Source: Penicillus capitatus
Lineage: Eukaryota; Plantae; Chlorophyta
Reading direction: 5' to 3'
Assembly: GCA_965649825.1 (NCBI GenBank)
Contig: OZ287709.1
Location: 124,001 to 188,000 of the forward strand
DNA length: 64,000 nucleotides
Part shown: positions 23,254 through 36,428 of the stretch, piece after piece
Position numbering within the stretch: the stretch's first letter is position 1
Layout: every line of letters starts with the position of its first letter
Translations under genes and position numbers: made by a program
The notes under the pieces: model-generated
What the model saw: only the letters and a program-made list of their open reading frames with translations
Told to the model about the DNA's origin: nothing
Databases searched by the model: none

Positions 23254-25183
23254 ATGCATCGTGTCTCCGAACGAGTGCGCGTCTCGCGTGGCCACCTGGT
23301 CGTCCCGCCATTCGATTGCGCCTGGCTCTCGGACGCCGATTCGAAGCTCGATAACGAACGCGGCTGTGTCGTTTTTGAAGTATCAGGTGAAACGGACGCG
23401 ACGATTATTCTTCAGTCCAAACCGGGCTCAAGACGTCTACCGCTGCAGACCTCTACCGAATCGAATGGCCGTTACGTCATTGTCTTCGGAAGTCATCGCA
23501 ACAGTCGGCTTAGCATCGAACGGAATGAAGATAGACAGGCGACTGTGCGCGAATCGTGGGCGCAGATTTCCCCGGACTGTTTTCGCAAGTTCTGGATGTG
23601 TTACGTATCCGGTGTCATGTACTTTGGCACAGGAGACCCGTCTATGAGCTACCAGTACAGATGGGAAGATACCAATCCCCTCCACAACATCCATTTCGTG
23701 GGGCTGAGTGCATGGGACAAGCACTGCACCTTTAGGAATGTCCGTGTCCTGCCTTGTCTGCCATGGCTGGAGATCCATCAACACATCCCTTCTCTCTTTG
23801 ACATTTCGACATCCTTCTTGTCGAGGCACATGGATCTGCATGCCGCTTGTCAAGTGATGCTGATTTTGGATCGACTGCAAATGCCGTCGAATGTTGGTGA
23901 ACTGTGGAAGAAGGCGGTGTCTGTCGTGGCCCACGATTTTGAGACATTCCTTGTGCATAACCGAGATGCTTTCTGTCAGATGTCGAGCGACGCCGTCTGC
24001 GCTCTGCTCAAATCTCCAGCACTGGTTCGTAGCTCTCTCTTACTTGCTGTGATGGCACCTCTTGACGATCATCATCGCATATGCGAGGTGCGTTGGCTGA
24101 CATGTTTGTGTTGGCAGTCGTTGGACGAACGTTCGGTGTTCCATGCAGTTGTCTCATGGATGTTCTACGGAAGGCCAAGCAATCACCTCCATGCCATTCG
24201 ACCTCCCAACGAGATCAAAAACGTCATCAAATGGATCCGATTCACCACGATCGAGACAGAAGAACTCCAGGCATCGACGACCCCTCGATCACGGCTGGGA
24301 GCATTGACTAGCGTGTCTGTCCCGCTTCAGGTGATGCTCGATGCGGCGCGGCAGATGGATTCGGTAGAGCTCAGCGGTGCCATTCAGAATGCTCTGGTCG
24401 TGCAGTCGTTTGCTTCTGGAAGCGCCGTGGGGCTCACTGCAGAAAACGTTGGGATGAGTGGGAACGAGATTTCGCAGGGTCAGTTGGACATCGATATGTT
24501 CTGGACGCGATCTGCCCGAAACGGCGTTCAGCTTCAGTACTACTATGATGGAGACAAGAAAGGCGTTGTTAATTATTTGGCACACAGTTGCGGTCAGAAA
24601 CCGTGGAGGAATCCGATGCTGAACAAAAAACTCCTCGTCAAGACCAGCAGTCCTCCCAGCAGATCCACCAGTCCAAAAGCAAACATGCCGCTTCTCTAGA
24701 CGCCATGGATCGACGCTTTCTGTGATGCAGGACATTGTCAGCGAGAAATTCCGCGCCACGAATTTTGCTGGTCCCAAGCGGACGCAGTCGGGTCTTGAAA
24801 CGTGGTGGATGATCGATCTGCTTGACTACATGCTCATTTGCAATTACTACACCGTGAAGCACGACGCTTCCACAGATTTCGCGCGCTGGTGGGATTTTCA
24901 AGTAACGAACCAACCCCCTCAGCACTGCGCCGCCGTAAGATACTGGTCATGATAGGCGTCAAATGATGGAGAGACATGGGTGGTGTTGAGACGGCATGAG
25001 AACGATTGCACCATCAATGCACCCAAGGCATACGGCTCATGGCCGATCTATTGCAACACGAAACCGTATAGAATGTTTCGTCTTTTGCTCACGGGGCCAA
25101 CGGAGAGCCAAGTCGCCCCACGCAATATGGCGCTCAGCAATTTGGAGCTCTATGGCATGCTGGGAGGACCCGGTATTGCCTGA
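23254..25183 (+). CDS. At2g30600-like protein (FAMeT-like N-domain, BACK, C-terminal F5/8/discoidin-like)
   Basis: PPFDCAW, YVIVFGSHRNSRL, VGLSAWDKHCTFRNV, LQYYYDGDKKGVVNYL, WWMIDL...LICNYYTVKHD and W.VLRRHEND...YRMFRLLLTGP. Confidence 0.82.
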
Positions 25184-25823
25184 ATGTTTGTACTCCTGTC
25201 ACATCACCCATACCGACCGACGCCAGTCTCATGAGATGCACAGAAGATGGGTGTCCTTTTTTTAATATCTTGTTAAAGATTTTTTGACGTCTGAGTAACC
25301 GTCCTCCCTTTCTTTATTTCTGCTGTATTCCTTGCTATCTTGTCCCGATACTCACTCTTCGGCGTTGAAACAATTCCTCGTAATCAACGTGTGTGATTCA
25401 TGAAAAGCGACTCCGATCCCGATCCCGTCCCATCATCACGATGCTGTCGAATGCTCGATGACCTGTGTGGGATGATGTCATCCTCACGAGGCAAAATCAC
25501 ACGACCACTGCACACCAAAGACTCCACCAATCAAAGCTCGCGTTCAGAATCATGGTGTCTTTACAGACATGGATGGTCCTGCCCGACCGACGGCGCCAAC
25601 AGCGTCTGTCCTCCCAGCCTCGAGGCGTTTGCTAGACAACCATATCCTTGTACATTACAGACTGTGATCATCGTCGTCGTCACAGTTGCCTTACTATGAG
25701 AAGAGCTCTATAATAAGAGCGCGCTGTTCTCGTCCACAAGTCTTTTCATTTAGCGAGGTTGCCAGGACATTCTACCAATAACTCGTGCCGTTCATTACAA
25801 CCCCTTTCCGACGCAAGGCACTT

Positions 25824-26456
25824 ATGGGTCTATCGCTGTCCCGAACCACCCACTGTCGAACGCCTGACGGCGACGAGGAGTGCGCTGCTTGTGGATGGAA
25901 GTGCCGTTGTATCTATTGCGAGTCGGACCGATACCCCAATGAGTACGTCGACTGTCACTGCACGTGCCGTTTTTGGATCGTCGTCTGTAGCATTGTCTGT
26001 ATAGGCTTCTGTCTGCTTTTTGCTTCAGCCCTTTTTCACCGTCGTACCGTTCTCAGTTTTCTCAGCTCAGGGGCTGTTTTCTATTCTGGTACTCTTTTGG
26101 CATTGACAGTCATTGCGGATCATTGTGTTTGGCCTGCCTTCTTTTCCATTACCATGGTCTTTGCATTTCCTTGCTTTTATTCTTGTTGCTGGAGTCAGCA
26201 ATCGGAAACGTCTGATGACCCACAGGTCCGATCACCAACGATGCCATTGTCATCAGCCAACGCGGTCTCCAGACCAACGAACAAACCGACGTCAGCTGTC
26301 GTCATGCTCTTCCCTGATGGCGATATGCAGCTCGGCGTGAAAGAAATCGAAATGCATGCTCTGTCAGACAGTGATCCCACGACATCCACCCCTCCGTCAG
26401 ATACGGCTAGCACTTCACACAATGGGACGCATGTGGTGGAACGAGAAACGGTCTGA
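25824..26456 (+). CDS. Hypothetical Cys-rich membrane protein
   Basis: Open frame with a CAACGWKCRC..C...CHCTC cluster followed by two to three hydrophobic segments and a Ser/Thr-rich tail. No family recognised. Confidence 0.45.
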   Translation: MGLSLSRTTHCRTPDGDEECAACGWKCRCIYCESDRYPNEYVDCHCTCRFWIVVCSIVCIGFCLLFASALFHRRTVLSFLSSGAVFYSGTLLALTVIADHCVWPAFFSITMVFAFPCFYSCCWSQQSETSDDPQVRSPTMPLSSANAVSRPTNKPTSAVVMLFPDGDMQLGVKEIEMHALSDSDPTTSTPPSDTASTSHNGTHVVERETV

Positions 26457-26668
26457 GACATAAGGACATCGTTTTGTTAGCGTTTTATAACTTCATCTGT
26501 TTCAACATAAACACTACGTCACTGCTCTTTCATGGACTGAGACGTAACGAAAGGAGATCGTCCATCGAGAGGTGGCTATTGGACTGGTCTGTTATTGTTG
26601 TGTCATCGCAATTATCATCATCCTGTTGTTAGAGACAGAACAACAGCAACAACGGCAGATTCGCCTTT

Positions 26669-27887
26669 ATGGTATCGAAGGAGTTGATTCGGTGGGCCGC
26701 GACGATCGCGCGACGTTCGTTTTCGATCAGCAAGAGTCCTCCACCGGCGAAGCCACGTCAAGCATTCGTTCCGAATCGTGTGCGTCACGATCCGTTCGTC
26801 GATCCGCCGCCGAAGCTCTATGTGGATCAGCCGGAGGGCGTGACGTCGACAGGCAAGCCTCCTGTGACGCTGCATCGCGCATGGAGCAAGAACAGAGGGC
26901 GGAATCGGTCAATGAAGGCAAGGGGCTATCTCTTCAGCGACGTCGAAGAGGACTTTGGACCACCTCGGTTTATTCTGCCTGGAGATGAAGAGAAAGCGCC
27001 ATTGCCTGTATTGGACATGGACGTCTGGCGCAATGCCGTGGTCCTGGTGGACAAGCCAAAGAGATGGACATCCTTTGATGTCTGCAGCGATTTGAGGAAA
27101 GCCACGTTTGGTTATCCGTTCAAAGTGGGACACACAGGGACATTGGATCCCCTGGCGACAGGTTCGTAAATGTGTGACCTGGATAGGAAATGTGTGAGAG
27201 ATGAAGGTTTGCTGATCGTGTGTATGGGTAACGCAACAAAGTGTGTGGAGAAGATGAAGCGGATGACCAAGGAATACAGTGGGACGATGAAGTTGGGAGA
27301 GATAACGGCATCGTACGACGCATCAGAGCCGATCGCTGCCCGCCGTCCTTGGGAACACATCACAGGTCTGTCACTCTTTTTGAGAAGAGTGAGAATGGGC
27401 GACAGAAGCTGTGTGCTACGGTTGGCAGATGATCAGATTAAGCAGGCAACGACGGAGTTCAAGGGTCACATCAAACAGCGTCCACCGATGTTCTCCGCCG
27501 TCCGGGTAAATGGCGTCCGCCTTCACGAGCTCGCGAGAAAAGGCGTCACCGCTGATCGGTACGATGTGACGGACGGTCACACATCAAGGCAGACTTCGGT
27601 CGTCACGAAATGTGTGATGATGTGACAGGAAGGTTCGATCGGTGAACGTTTCGGATTTCCAAGTCAAGCGATTGGATCCGACATCGCAAGTCGTTCACTA
27701 TCACATCAAGTGCAGCACAGGAACGTATGTTCGTTCGCTGGTGCACGATTTGGGTCAAGTGTTGGGTTGCGGAGCCTACGTTCGGAGCCTAAGGAGGGTT
27801 GTCATCGGGCCTTACAGATTGTCCGATGCATGGGATTTGGACAAGCTGCTCAAAGTCATCGAAGCTTCCAAAATTGCAAGTCAATAG
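26669..27887 (+). CDS. truB: tRNA pseudouridine-55 synthase TruB (probably organellar)
   Basis: [49 protein letters not shown] and [15 protein letters not shown]. Confidence 0.95.
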
Positions 27888-28494
27888 AATCGACAACAAC
27901 ACTTATATATTAAATGTGGAGGAATAGCTAAGCCATGGATGAAATTGAGAGCATCACATCGGCGATGGCGGGTGGCATCGTCACCGAATTATGAGCGCTG
28001 CAACATACACCGCGGCTCCCTGTTCGAGTTATTAACCGTTCGAAATTATTATTCTCGTCTCTTTTCTTATGCATTGGACGTCCTAAGGGACATCAGCACG
28101 GATAAGATGTCACCAATTCCTCACCGAACGACAATGGGTCAGGCAGAAATGGATGACACACTTAACTCAGAGTCGATACGATGGGGTGGGTGTTGGTGAT
28201 GACGACGACGACGACGATGTCGAAGACGATGATGATCCCAGCAACGCGATAAGGCTTAGGGAAAAGAGACGACATCGTGCTCAAAGAGAATAAATATGCC
28301 GCAGAGAGATTCGATACGATACGATTCATGTAATCAGCTGCTTCTTTATCTCAAGATCAAAAGAGAAAGGCGACACTGCTTGCGGAACATCCCGTTCATA
28401 GACCAGCAGTTTTAGCAAAGTGAAAAGATATCGTCAGGTTAAGTACGGTATGGGATAGGGATCAGAGAAATTAAATACGTTGCCGTGCCCGGCG

Positions 28495-30111
28495 TCAGTT
28501 GTTGGACGCGACAAGAAGTCTTCGATCGGTCGAGGTCTTGACTGGACAATCTTGAACAAAGATCGTTTCGGTACCCGTTGCCGTAACGGATGTGTACTCT
28601 CTTGTCTCGCATCTGGACTGAACAACGGCCTTCTTTTCTTCGGGAAAGGATGTCTCTGTTAAGACAAGCGTCTTGCAACGATCTTGAAAGAGTGAGCTGC
28701 CTTTCTGTCCGGCATCGTTCTCATCAAATGAGCAATCCGCAATGATAATTTTCTCACACATCGGAACGGCATCCTCTGCACAGGAGACCTGTTTTTGGTG
28801 ACTAGGAGACAGCCAATCCGCTTTGCCACATCCTGTCTGCATCACGGCGCCGCCAACGCTTCCGCCGGTGTTGTGCGTGAAGGTGCATTCCGTGAGCTCA
28901 GTGTTTTTGACATCGCGCTGAAAGAGAGCACCACCGGCGTGCATGGCAGCGTTGTTGGAGAACAGGCATTTGGTGAAGCTGGTGTCTTTGAGACGTTCTT
29001 GATAGACAGCGCCGCCAAACGCGCCGGAATTCCATTCGAAATCACACGTGTCGACCAAAACGCTCCCACCGTTGAGCGAAGAGACGGCGCCGCCATAGAC
29101 GGTTCCCTGGTTACTGGTAAACATCGTCTCGGAGACTTCGAGCTCACTGCCGCCATACGAAACAATCGCCCCCGATGTTCCGGTGTTTTCCGTGAGCGTG
29201 CTGCCCTGGATCGTCAGGCGGGATCTGAGATCGAGGAAAGCGGCGGCGCCGTCCAGAAATGCTTTGTTTCGGTAGATCTGTGTATTCTCCACGATGCCCG
29301 TACTGATATCGATCAGCGCAAGAGCCCCCGATTCTCCAGAATTCCCCTCGATCATACAGTCCTTGAATCGTACAACAGTGCGCTTGACACCAGTAAATGC
29401 CCCAGCCCCAGCACCGTCTGCCACATTCTGCTTCATCTGACATCCCTCGAACTCCGTCAGCGTGTTCTGAAACGAAAAAACGGCACCAGATACAAATCCA
29501 TCATAATCGCGATCGCATGGGCCGCCTTGGTTATTGAAAAATGTTGTGTTGACGAAAAGTGTACGGCAGCCCGAAGTGGTAGAGACGGCACCATATCTCT
29601 CTCCTTTGTTGTCTTCAAAGATCGAGTCGTAGACATGCATCAGACTTCCACCGGCTGAGTAGATGCCACCGGAATGGGCGCAAGAATTCTTGATAAAACG
29701 ACAATGGTAGAAGAGACCTGCACTTTTATCGAATACCACGGGTGCCAATATCCCGCCCTCCAATCCTTCAAAGAGTGAATCGAGAATGGTCAGACTGCGA
29801 ATGTCTTCAAACTGAATCCATCCTCGAACTTCCTCATCTGTCGATAGCTTCACCCCTTCTTGCACGACCGCCGCTTCCTTAACTGAGGGATGGACACGGA
29901 TGGGGACTGGCAGCTTCGTGCCCGTGCAATTGAACGAGACATGTTCAAGTGCTCCGACGCTCATTGTGCTTTTCTTGGTGTCGCCGGATTTTCCCACCAA
30001 TTGAATGACGCACACGTTGTCTGTCACCGGACGGTCGGTTGCTTCGACAGCCGTTGGCGTGAGCAGAACACCCCACAGAATAGCAGTCGCGACAATTCCG
30101 CGCACCGTCAT
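28495..30111 (-). CDS. Secreted right-handed beta-helix protein with polymorphic-membrane-protein-type (FxxN / GGA) repeats
   Basis: Signal peptide MTVRGIVATAILWGVLLTPTAVEA and repeated FxxNxxxxxGGA motifs (e.g. FEWNSGAFGGAVY, FSNNAAMHAGGALF). Intronless. Confidence 0.8.
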   Translation of the reverse strand: MTVRGIVATAILWGVLLTPTAVEATDRPVTDNVCVIQLVGKSGDTKKSTMSVGALEHVSFNCTGTKLPVPIRVHPSVKEAAVVQEGVKLSTDEEVRGWIQFEDIRSLTILDSLFEGLEGGILAPVVFDKSAGLFYHCRFIKNSCAHSGGIYSAGGSLMHVYDSIFEDNKGERYGAVSTTSGCRTLFVNTTFFNNQGGPCDRDYDGFVSGAVFSFQNTLTEFEGCQMKQNVADGAGAGAFTGVKRTVVRFKDCMIEGNSGESGALALIDISTGIVENTQIYRNKAFLDGAAAFLDLRSRLTIQGSTLTENTGTSGAIVSYGGSELEVSETMFTSNQGTVYGGAVSSLNGGSVLVDTCDFEWNSGAFGGAVYQERLKDTSFTKCLFSNNAAMHAGGALFQRDVKNTELTECTFTHNTGGSVGGAVMQTGCGKADWLSPSHQKQVSCAEDAVPMCEKIIIADCSFDENDAGQKGSSLFQDRCKTLVLTETSFPEEKKAVVQSRCETREYTSVTATGTETIFVQDCPVKTSTDRRLLVASNN

Positions 30112-30513
30112 CTGCTGCGAAGCACGAATGGGTTTTGCAGAGAGCATAGCGTTTTTGCTTCGTTCTGAATGCACGGTTCACCAAACCGCTTGTTTCTTGG
30201 GCGGAACCTTGACCACACGTAGCCGTCGGTTGAAGCAGAGCTTAGAGACCTGCCTGCGGTTCGAAGTTGAAGCGCAAGACGACAGCGACAAACGCACAGA
30301 GTTAAAGATAGAGACGGAGAAGGCTTAACATGAAGGTGCGCCTGAAAGCGATGAACACTTCCTGCACAACCAACCGTATACGCCAACCATTCTGCGCCTC
30401 GTTTCGTGGGAAAACGGTCTGAACATCGGCGCGCTTTCTCGCCATGGTCATGTATCCGTCGGCGTCGAGATCAAGACGTTCTATGCCGCGTCGAATGCGG
30501 CGCCACGACATTC

Positions 30514-31266
30514 TCATCGCATCCGGCATTGTTCAGGAAATCTGCCAAATCGGTCTCTCATGGTGGCACTCGAGGGAAAGCGACCCAGGAGATACATGCC
30601 AAGCTGCTCATGGTTCTGCACAGGATGCATGATGGGCTGTCAGTCACATCGATGAATGAAGACGTATCGACTGCACTTGGGCAAATGCCTTGTGCGCGGA
30701 TGTCTCGCCATCGGCATCTTGAACATCGCCATCTGCTCCGAACTCGATGCTGCTCAAGGCCATACGATACGTACGGCAAGGTAGATCAATGGCTTACAGT
30801 TTTTCCACGATGGTGTGATGACCCATGTGGGCGGCGCGATGTAGAGGAGTGGCGCCGCCGGCTGCGGTCTTGCGATGGACGTCAGCCCCTGAATCCATCC
30901 ATGTTCGGCCACGGCATGCCATTGGACAGTGAACGACCTCGTTGCAGCAGGAGCACGACAGCATCGAGATGACCACCTCGGGCAGCGTAATGCAAAGGAG
31001 TGTATCCACTCTTCCCTGTTTTGCACTCCCATCGACCGCCTTCGAAACGGAGAGCTGCTGTGTGTTGAGGTATGACCTGAGACGCCGTCGTCGTGCAGAC
31101 GGTTCGGTTTCTGGTCGAGAATGCGTCTCAGTCGTGCGCAATCTCCAGCCCTTGCCGCTGCACATGCACTTTTCATGAAGCTCAGCTCATCTGTCGATTG
31201 CTGCAGAGAAGAGGAGCGCAGTGCACAGGAACAGACGCCATCGTGGCGACAGTGTCCTTCATCCAT
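30514..31266 (-). CDS. Ankyrin-repeat protein, ANKRD39-like
   Basis: MDEGHCRHDGVCSC...QQSTDELSF, GYTPLHYAAR, GATPLHRAAHMGH and QDADGETSAHKA across short introns. Confidence 0.8.
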
Positions 31267-32193
31267 GAAACGTCTCGTCAACAACAGCGTCTGTGCCGAT
31301 GCGTCGAGTCGAATACGTGATGGCGGTGTTGGCATCTTACAGCACTTTGAAATTGACATAACCGCATAGGTACTCGGTCTGTCCATTCAAAGCGCCGAGT
31401 GCGTCATCCACGTATACATCCATCCTCCTGATAACTGCGAAATGGCGATGGATCCCTCGAGATATGTCGGGAATCGCCAACGCGACAACAGATTCCATCG
31501 TTACAACAGAGACGACGCCGCCAAGACATGGATCGTTCTGGACGCATCAGAGAAAACGGCAGCTAAGAAACGACCGAGTGCAGATAGAAGCGTATCGTGC
31601 GAGGCTGCGACCTTGAGTCGAATACGTTGTCGGTGGAGTCTGACCGTCGCCATCCTACAGAACGACGCATGAACATCTGAGATAGCGCCGAACGACGTGC
31701 CGAGCGTGACAGTGCCGATGCCGTTGTGAGGCCTACCGTATCTGCATCGTCCTCTTTGCGACGGAGTTCCTGAAAAGGCATCCTTGGCCATCGCCTTTCG
31801 AATTCGGCATCATGGAGAGCAGCCGGACGTGGATAGACGTTCTCTTTCCCCTTGCCGTTCTTCGACATCCTTTTCTCGCGTTTTGCGATCCGCCGCCTAT
31901 ACGATGCGTGCAGACACAGCTGGAGCTTCGCTCAATGTGCAGCCTTACGGTATAAGACAGCACTCTGACGCCGTGTGACGTTTCGCCAGTGCCCAAGGGG
32001 GGTGAAGATTGTGCGAAGGGTCGAGTTATGAGTCAGAGCCTCTCGTTGGCGTCAGCACCATGACTCAAACACACTGAGCGAGCACAAATCGCCAGGGCAC
32101 AGAAACGTAAAGCTGTCTCGTTGACTGTCGACGTTGACGCACGTCAGCGATACGCCTCGAGTGCATGAAGAGGCATCCAAAAACGACGGCGGT

Positions 32194-33129
32194 TTAAACA
32201 CAGTTTGGCGGTTTAGGGCAATCTATGATGAGATTCTTGCGCTCGACGGGCGTCGTCGACAGTTCGAGACGTCGACATTCGCCTGGTCGAAATCCTCGCT
32301 GCCAGTGCGTCGCATCCGCTTCGCCCAGAATCACCGTCTGCAAAACGGAGAGATTCTCGGAGTCGGGTGAGATGACAACAATATTGGCGCCACGGTACTG
32401 CGTCTCCATAACGGAGAGCATCTGACGGACCCGCACAAACACATCCATGACACTCTCATTCGGCGTCCCCGTCGTCGTTGGCGGCGGACGGAGCGAAGCA
32501 CCACGACGATCGATTTCGTGGATCTCGGCATAGGCTTCCTCAGGGGCCAGTCGGTCGAAGATGCCGAGCCCGCGCATATCGAGAAAGCTGTATTCGGGGA
32601 CGATACGTTCTCGGCCGATACGAAAGGCATAGGAGATGAGCTCGGCAGTTTGATAGGCGTTCTGTGTGATGGATGGCCACAACCAACAGTCTTCACGACA
32701 GGCGCCCATCTCGTACAGCTTCGGCACAGTTTCGCGCAATACTTGTCGCTTCCCGTTCTCACTCAATCCGTTCGACATGGACGTCTTGTTCACTGGATTG
32801 GTATCGATCAGGCCCTCCGCCTCAGATTCGCTCTCGCCAGCGCGCAGGAGATAGTAAGTGTTCTGCAGCTCTGTGGCTGGGACCATCACCAATGCCGCCG
32901 TCGCTGGACCGGGACAACTCAAAAGAGCGCCGCCATTCGTGGCCAGAAGGACAGACAGCGTTTCCATGAGCACCGTACGTCTGTGAAGAGGACGCTCGTC
33001 GTTCGGGGATGTAGCGTGGAGGCGAAGTGCTGTCGGCGGATCACTTCGACGCGATATATGGAGGCAGTGGCCACATCGTAAAGTGTCCGCTCGAAGGAAA
33101 GCGGAAGAGGTCATGGAGTGCATCATCAT
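32194..33129 (-). CDS. Phosphoglycerate-mutase (histidine phosphatase) family protein, plastid/thylakoid-type
   Basis: Transit-like N-terminus, YYLLRAGESESE, GLSENGKRQV, LWPSITQNAYQTAE and TPNESVMDVFVRVRQ. Confidence 0.82.
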   Translation of the reverse strand: MMMHSMTSSAFLRADTLRCGHCLHISRRSDPPTALRLHATSPNDERPLHRRTVLMETLSVLLATNGGALLSCPGPATAALVMVPATELQNTYYLLRAGESESEAEGLIDTNPVNKTSMSNGLSENGKRQVLRETVPKLYEMGACREDCWLWPSITQNAYQTAELISYAFRIGRERIVPEYSFLDMRGLGIFDRLAPEEAYAEIHEIDRRGASLRPPPTTTGTPNESVMDVFVRVRQMLSVMETQYRGANIVVISPDSENLSVLQTVILGEADATHWQRGFRPGECRRLELSTTPVERKNLIIDCPKPPNCV

Positions 33130-33169
33130 CCAAGGTTGAAGGATCCGTTCGTCTGTCGTCGATTGCTTG

Positions 33170-35071
33170 ATGTTGCGCCAATTGTGGCATAGCAACGTGC
33201 GACAGATCGCATGTGCACGATCGACGTCGGTTTTGCGCCTTTGCACCGTGGACGCCGTAAACGACAGCGAAGCTACGTCGCAAGAAACACAGCCGCCTCA
33301 GGAAACGTCTAACGCAGTGGATACCGATCTCGTGAAGACACCAGCGAAGCCGAAACAGACGCCCAAACCGAGCAAGAAGGCACAAGTTAAAGGAAAGAAA
33401 GCCAGACAGAGGAGAACTCCCGGAAGAGATGCAAAGTCATCCGGGTATGCCTTTCTGTTATCCCTGTCCCTCTCCATCCCACCATCCACACAGGCGCTCT
33501 TTCTACCCGAACATCAAGAGTGCACGAAATTGGCGTATGGTCGAGAGTATGTTTCAGCGAGACGGTATCAAATGGTCGATGAACGATTATCGATTTGCTT
33601 GGAAACGTTGCGTCGTGGTGCACTTGGACAAAAATCTGAGTCGTCTCCGGATGGGAGCGGCATGTACGGCACGAGGCGGACGGCAATTTCTGAGAGACCT
33701 CATGAAGGGCACATTGACCCAACTGGAGCGCGAAGGTTGGAAGATGAATGGCGTACAGGCACGAGACATCGGCTGGTCTGCCGGAAAACAGTGGTTCATG
33801 GATGAGAAACTCGTCGATCCGATTCAAGTATAGAAACGTGTGACGTGTCTAGTCAGATGAAAGAAGGGCGATGTAGACAGGTTTGCTCTTCGGTATCGAG
33901 AATCGAGAGATCCATATGTATCATGCGATACCGGTGGCCTGGGCCATTGCCCATTCGGGTCAGTATCCGGTGCGATTGTTTGATGCCTTCGTGCAGAAGA
34001 TTGCATCTTTCCATGAGGATCTCAATCTCCAGCACTGTACGAATATCTTGTGGTCCATGGCCGTCTGCGGTTACTATCCCGGACAGCCGTTTCTGCAAGT
34101 GATCGCTCAAGTTGCCGGGCAGTTGGTACACAGCGATGAACCATCCGTCATTCCGCAAGCCATTGCCGATTTGGTAGACGCTCCACAGCAGCGCAATGCA
34201 TGTACGGTGTGCAGATCTGGAGTTTAGGTCGGCTGAATTTGAAATCTGGACACGAGGCGCTTGTGCACAACTGCATCCGATGGGCATACAAGAAACTCAC
34301 AGATTTTTCCGCAGAGGAGCTCCTAACCTTGGGTGGGTCTTTCTCTGGGTGTGGCTGTTCTTTGTACGGTCTGTCTGTGCAGCAATGGGGTTGGCAATGT
34401 TGGAGAGCTTTGGCAGAGAAGACATGCGAGCATTGGCAGAAGCGTTCCACGTTGTGACACAGAAGAATCTTTTGGAAGTCCATATCGATCAGTTCATTGC
34501 CCTCTCGCTGCTTTTCCCTCCAGAAGAGCGTGTGATATTCCACGAAACGGCGTTCGGTTCAGAAGCGATGGGAGCGATTATCAGCGCACACCACGATCGT
34601 CAAGCACAGATCGCGGTAAACAAGGATGCAAAGAGTGACGTCAAGATCTTTGTGTGACATCAATCACTCTTTGTGACAGATCCAAATGAAGAACAACAGA
34701 TTCTTGCAGCTGATTAGCCGCCAGTTAGACAAAGTGGCCGAAGGCAAGTACGAGATCGGCGTCCTGACGGAGGATCGCAATTTGGCGCTGGAGATCCTGG
34801 TACGCGGAGATACGGAAGACTACTCCGTCATTCCCGTTTATCCCATGTCCAGGTATAGCCAACTGCCTCGATAAACGCACATGAGCAATGGACTGTTCCG
34901 TTGAGATCCCGTAACGTTCCGGAAATCGAACTGGGCGAAGTGCGCATCGCACAGAGGCTGATCGAGGCACAGGGTATCAAATTTGGTGGATTCTTGGAAT
35001 GGATCATTCCTGAAGACAACGACGAGCCAGAATCCGTATCGGATGACAGCAAACAGACGGACAACGTCTAA
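33170..35071 (+). CDS. Organelle-targeted helical-repeat RNA-binding protein with C-terminal RAP-like domain
   Basis: Targeting-peptide-like start, repeats such as HCTNILWSMAVCGY and IWSLGRLN, and a last exon ...GEVRIAQRLIEAQGIK ending TAA 35069-35071. The exon joins are inferred. Confidence 0.62.
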
Positions 35072-35080
35072 AGACATCTT

Positions 35081-36355
35081 CTACTCTTGTTTATCAAGTT
35101 TAAGAGCAATTCTGAGCAGCCTCTGATATCTAGAGCATCAGCAAGAAGGGCATTCTGCTGCTATGTACGTTTGTTCGCACTCTCGCTTGTCGGCAATGGT
35201 GGCGTCTGATTTCTGGAAAGGCGCTTTTGATGAACGGATCATAAAGGAACGGACATTGTCTGCGTAGAGTTCAGGATTTTCCTTCTCTTCTGCAGAGGGG
35301 ACGTAGACAGGTAGCCTCAGAAAAGTGACCTGCCATCACATCTGGCATCACGGAATACTACGTGGGCGATACGTACGCTCGTGTATGGAGTGCTGAGGAG
35401 TAGACGGATGTGACGCGGACCCGTAATCGTCTCCCAGGCAGGCGAGATCCAATGACTGGAGTAGATCAAGACGACAGGTTGCACCGGAAGTCCCGCCAGA
35501 AAAGCACCCCTCTTGAATTTCAGCATGTAGCGTCCGTTCGTCGTCGTTCCCTTATCACCCACGATCTCACTCTTTTGAAGACAGAGAGTGCAACGCACGA
35601 ACGAACCTCAGGAAACAACAGAATCCTGCGATGCGGATCGTTGGATACGGCTGTCTGTTGCATACGCTCTCTCACTCTTCCCGAGACGCCCTGTTTGTCT
35701 GTTCTCATCATACTGGTGAGCTCCTTGGCGATGATGGCTTACCTGGTACTCCGAACCTTTGTTCTCGCGTTCCACGTAGATGCATCCCATCATCTCACTC
35801 ATTTTAATATCCGAATAAAGATGTGTGATGTGTCGGAGGACGACAACGAGATTACCTGATTCTGCCGACGAACGGCAGATGACGTGCAGAAGTGGCGGCG
35901 ACAAAGCTCGGAAAGCTGTCTGCCATGTGAACCAGAATATCAACCCAGCTGACATGATTCGATACCACAGCACAGGGAAACCTCTCTGCGCTATCTCCCT
36001 CGTCTCGCCATCGAATCTGCACACCCATGACCGCCAAACACAATCGACAGTACATTCGCCCGAAAGGCGCCATGACTCTGGGCTGCCGTTCAAGGGAGAA
36101 ACAGGTCTGGATGGCCAGACATGTCAGATAGCATCCCATTAACAGCATCATTGCCAACAGGACGCGAAGAGGCAGAACGGTGATGGAAAAGAGGCCGACG
36201 ACGAGACGGTCTTTCCACGGAATGGGACCCAAACCCGCCGGTCCAAAACGATCGTGTCGGCGGTAGGGATCGAAAAGCGGGTTGTCTTGGACCCCATCGT
36301 TCGGCATGGACATTTGACCGACCCGTCGTCCAAAGCGTTGGTACGTTCGGCTCAT
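35081..36355 (-). CDS. Lysophospholipid acyltransferase (LPEAT/LPCAT type, PlsC domain)
   Basis: VVSNHVSWVD (HX4D), ILLFPE|GTTTNG and FKRGAFLAGLPVQPV. Confidence 0.92.
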
Positions 36356-36428
36356 CCATTACTTTCCCGTTGCCGACCATTGCTTAATCCCCTGTCGTTG
36401 AGTTTCGGACACGCGAGAATCTCGAAAC

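Noticed and set aside
28197-28240. GAC/GAT microsatellite-like run as a separate gene or feature
   Set aside because: No convincing ORF or splice model could be built on either strand.
28795-29658. Long antisense ORFs (also 20386-20958, 23437-23958, 58338-59060)
   Set aside because: Shadows of real opposite-strand genes, expected at this GC content and codon bias.
31400-32000. Possible small minus-strand gene between the ankyrin and PGM genes
   Set aside because: ORF fragments are plausible but I found no motif and could not build a reliable splice model.
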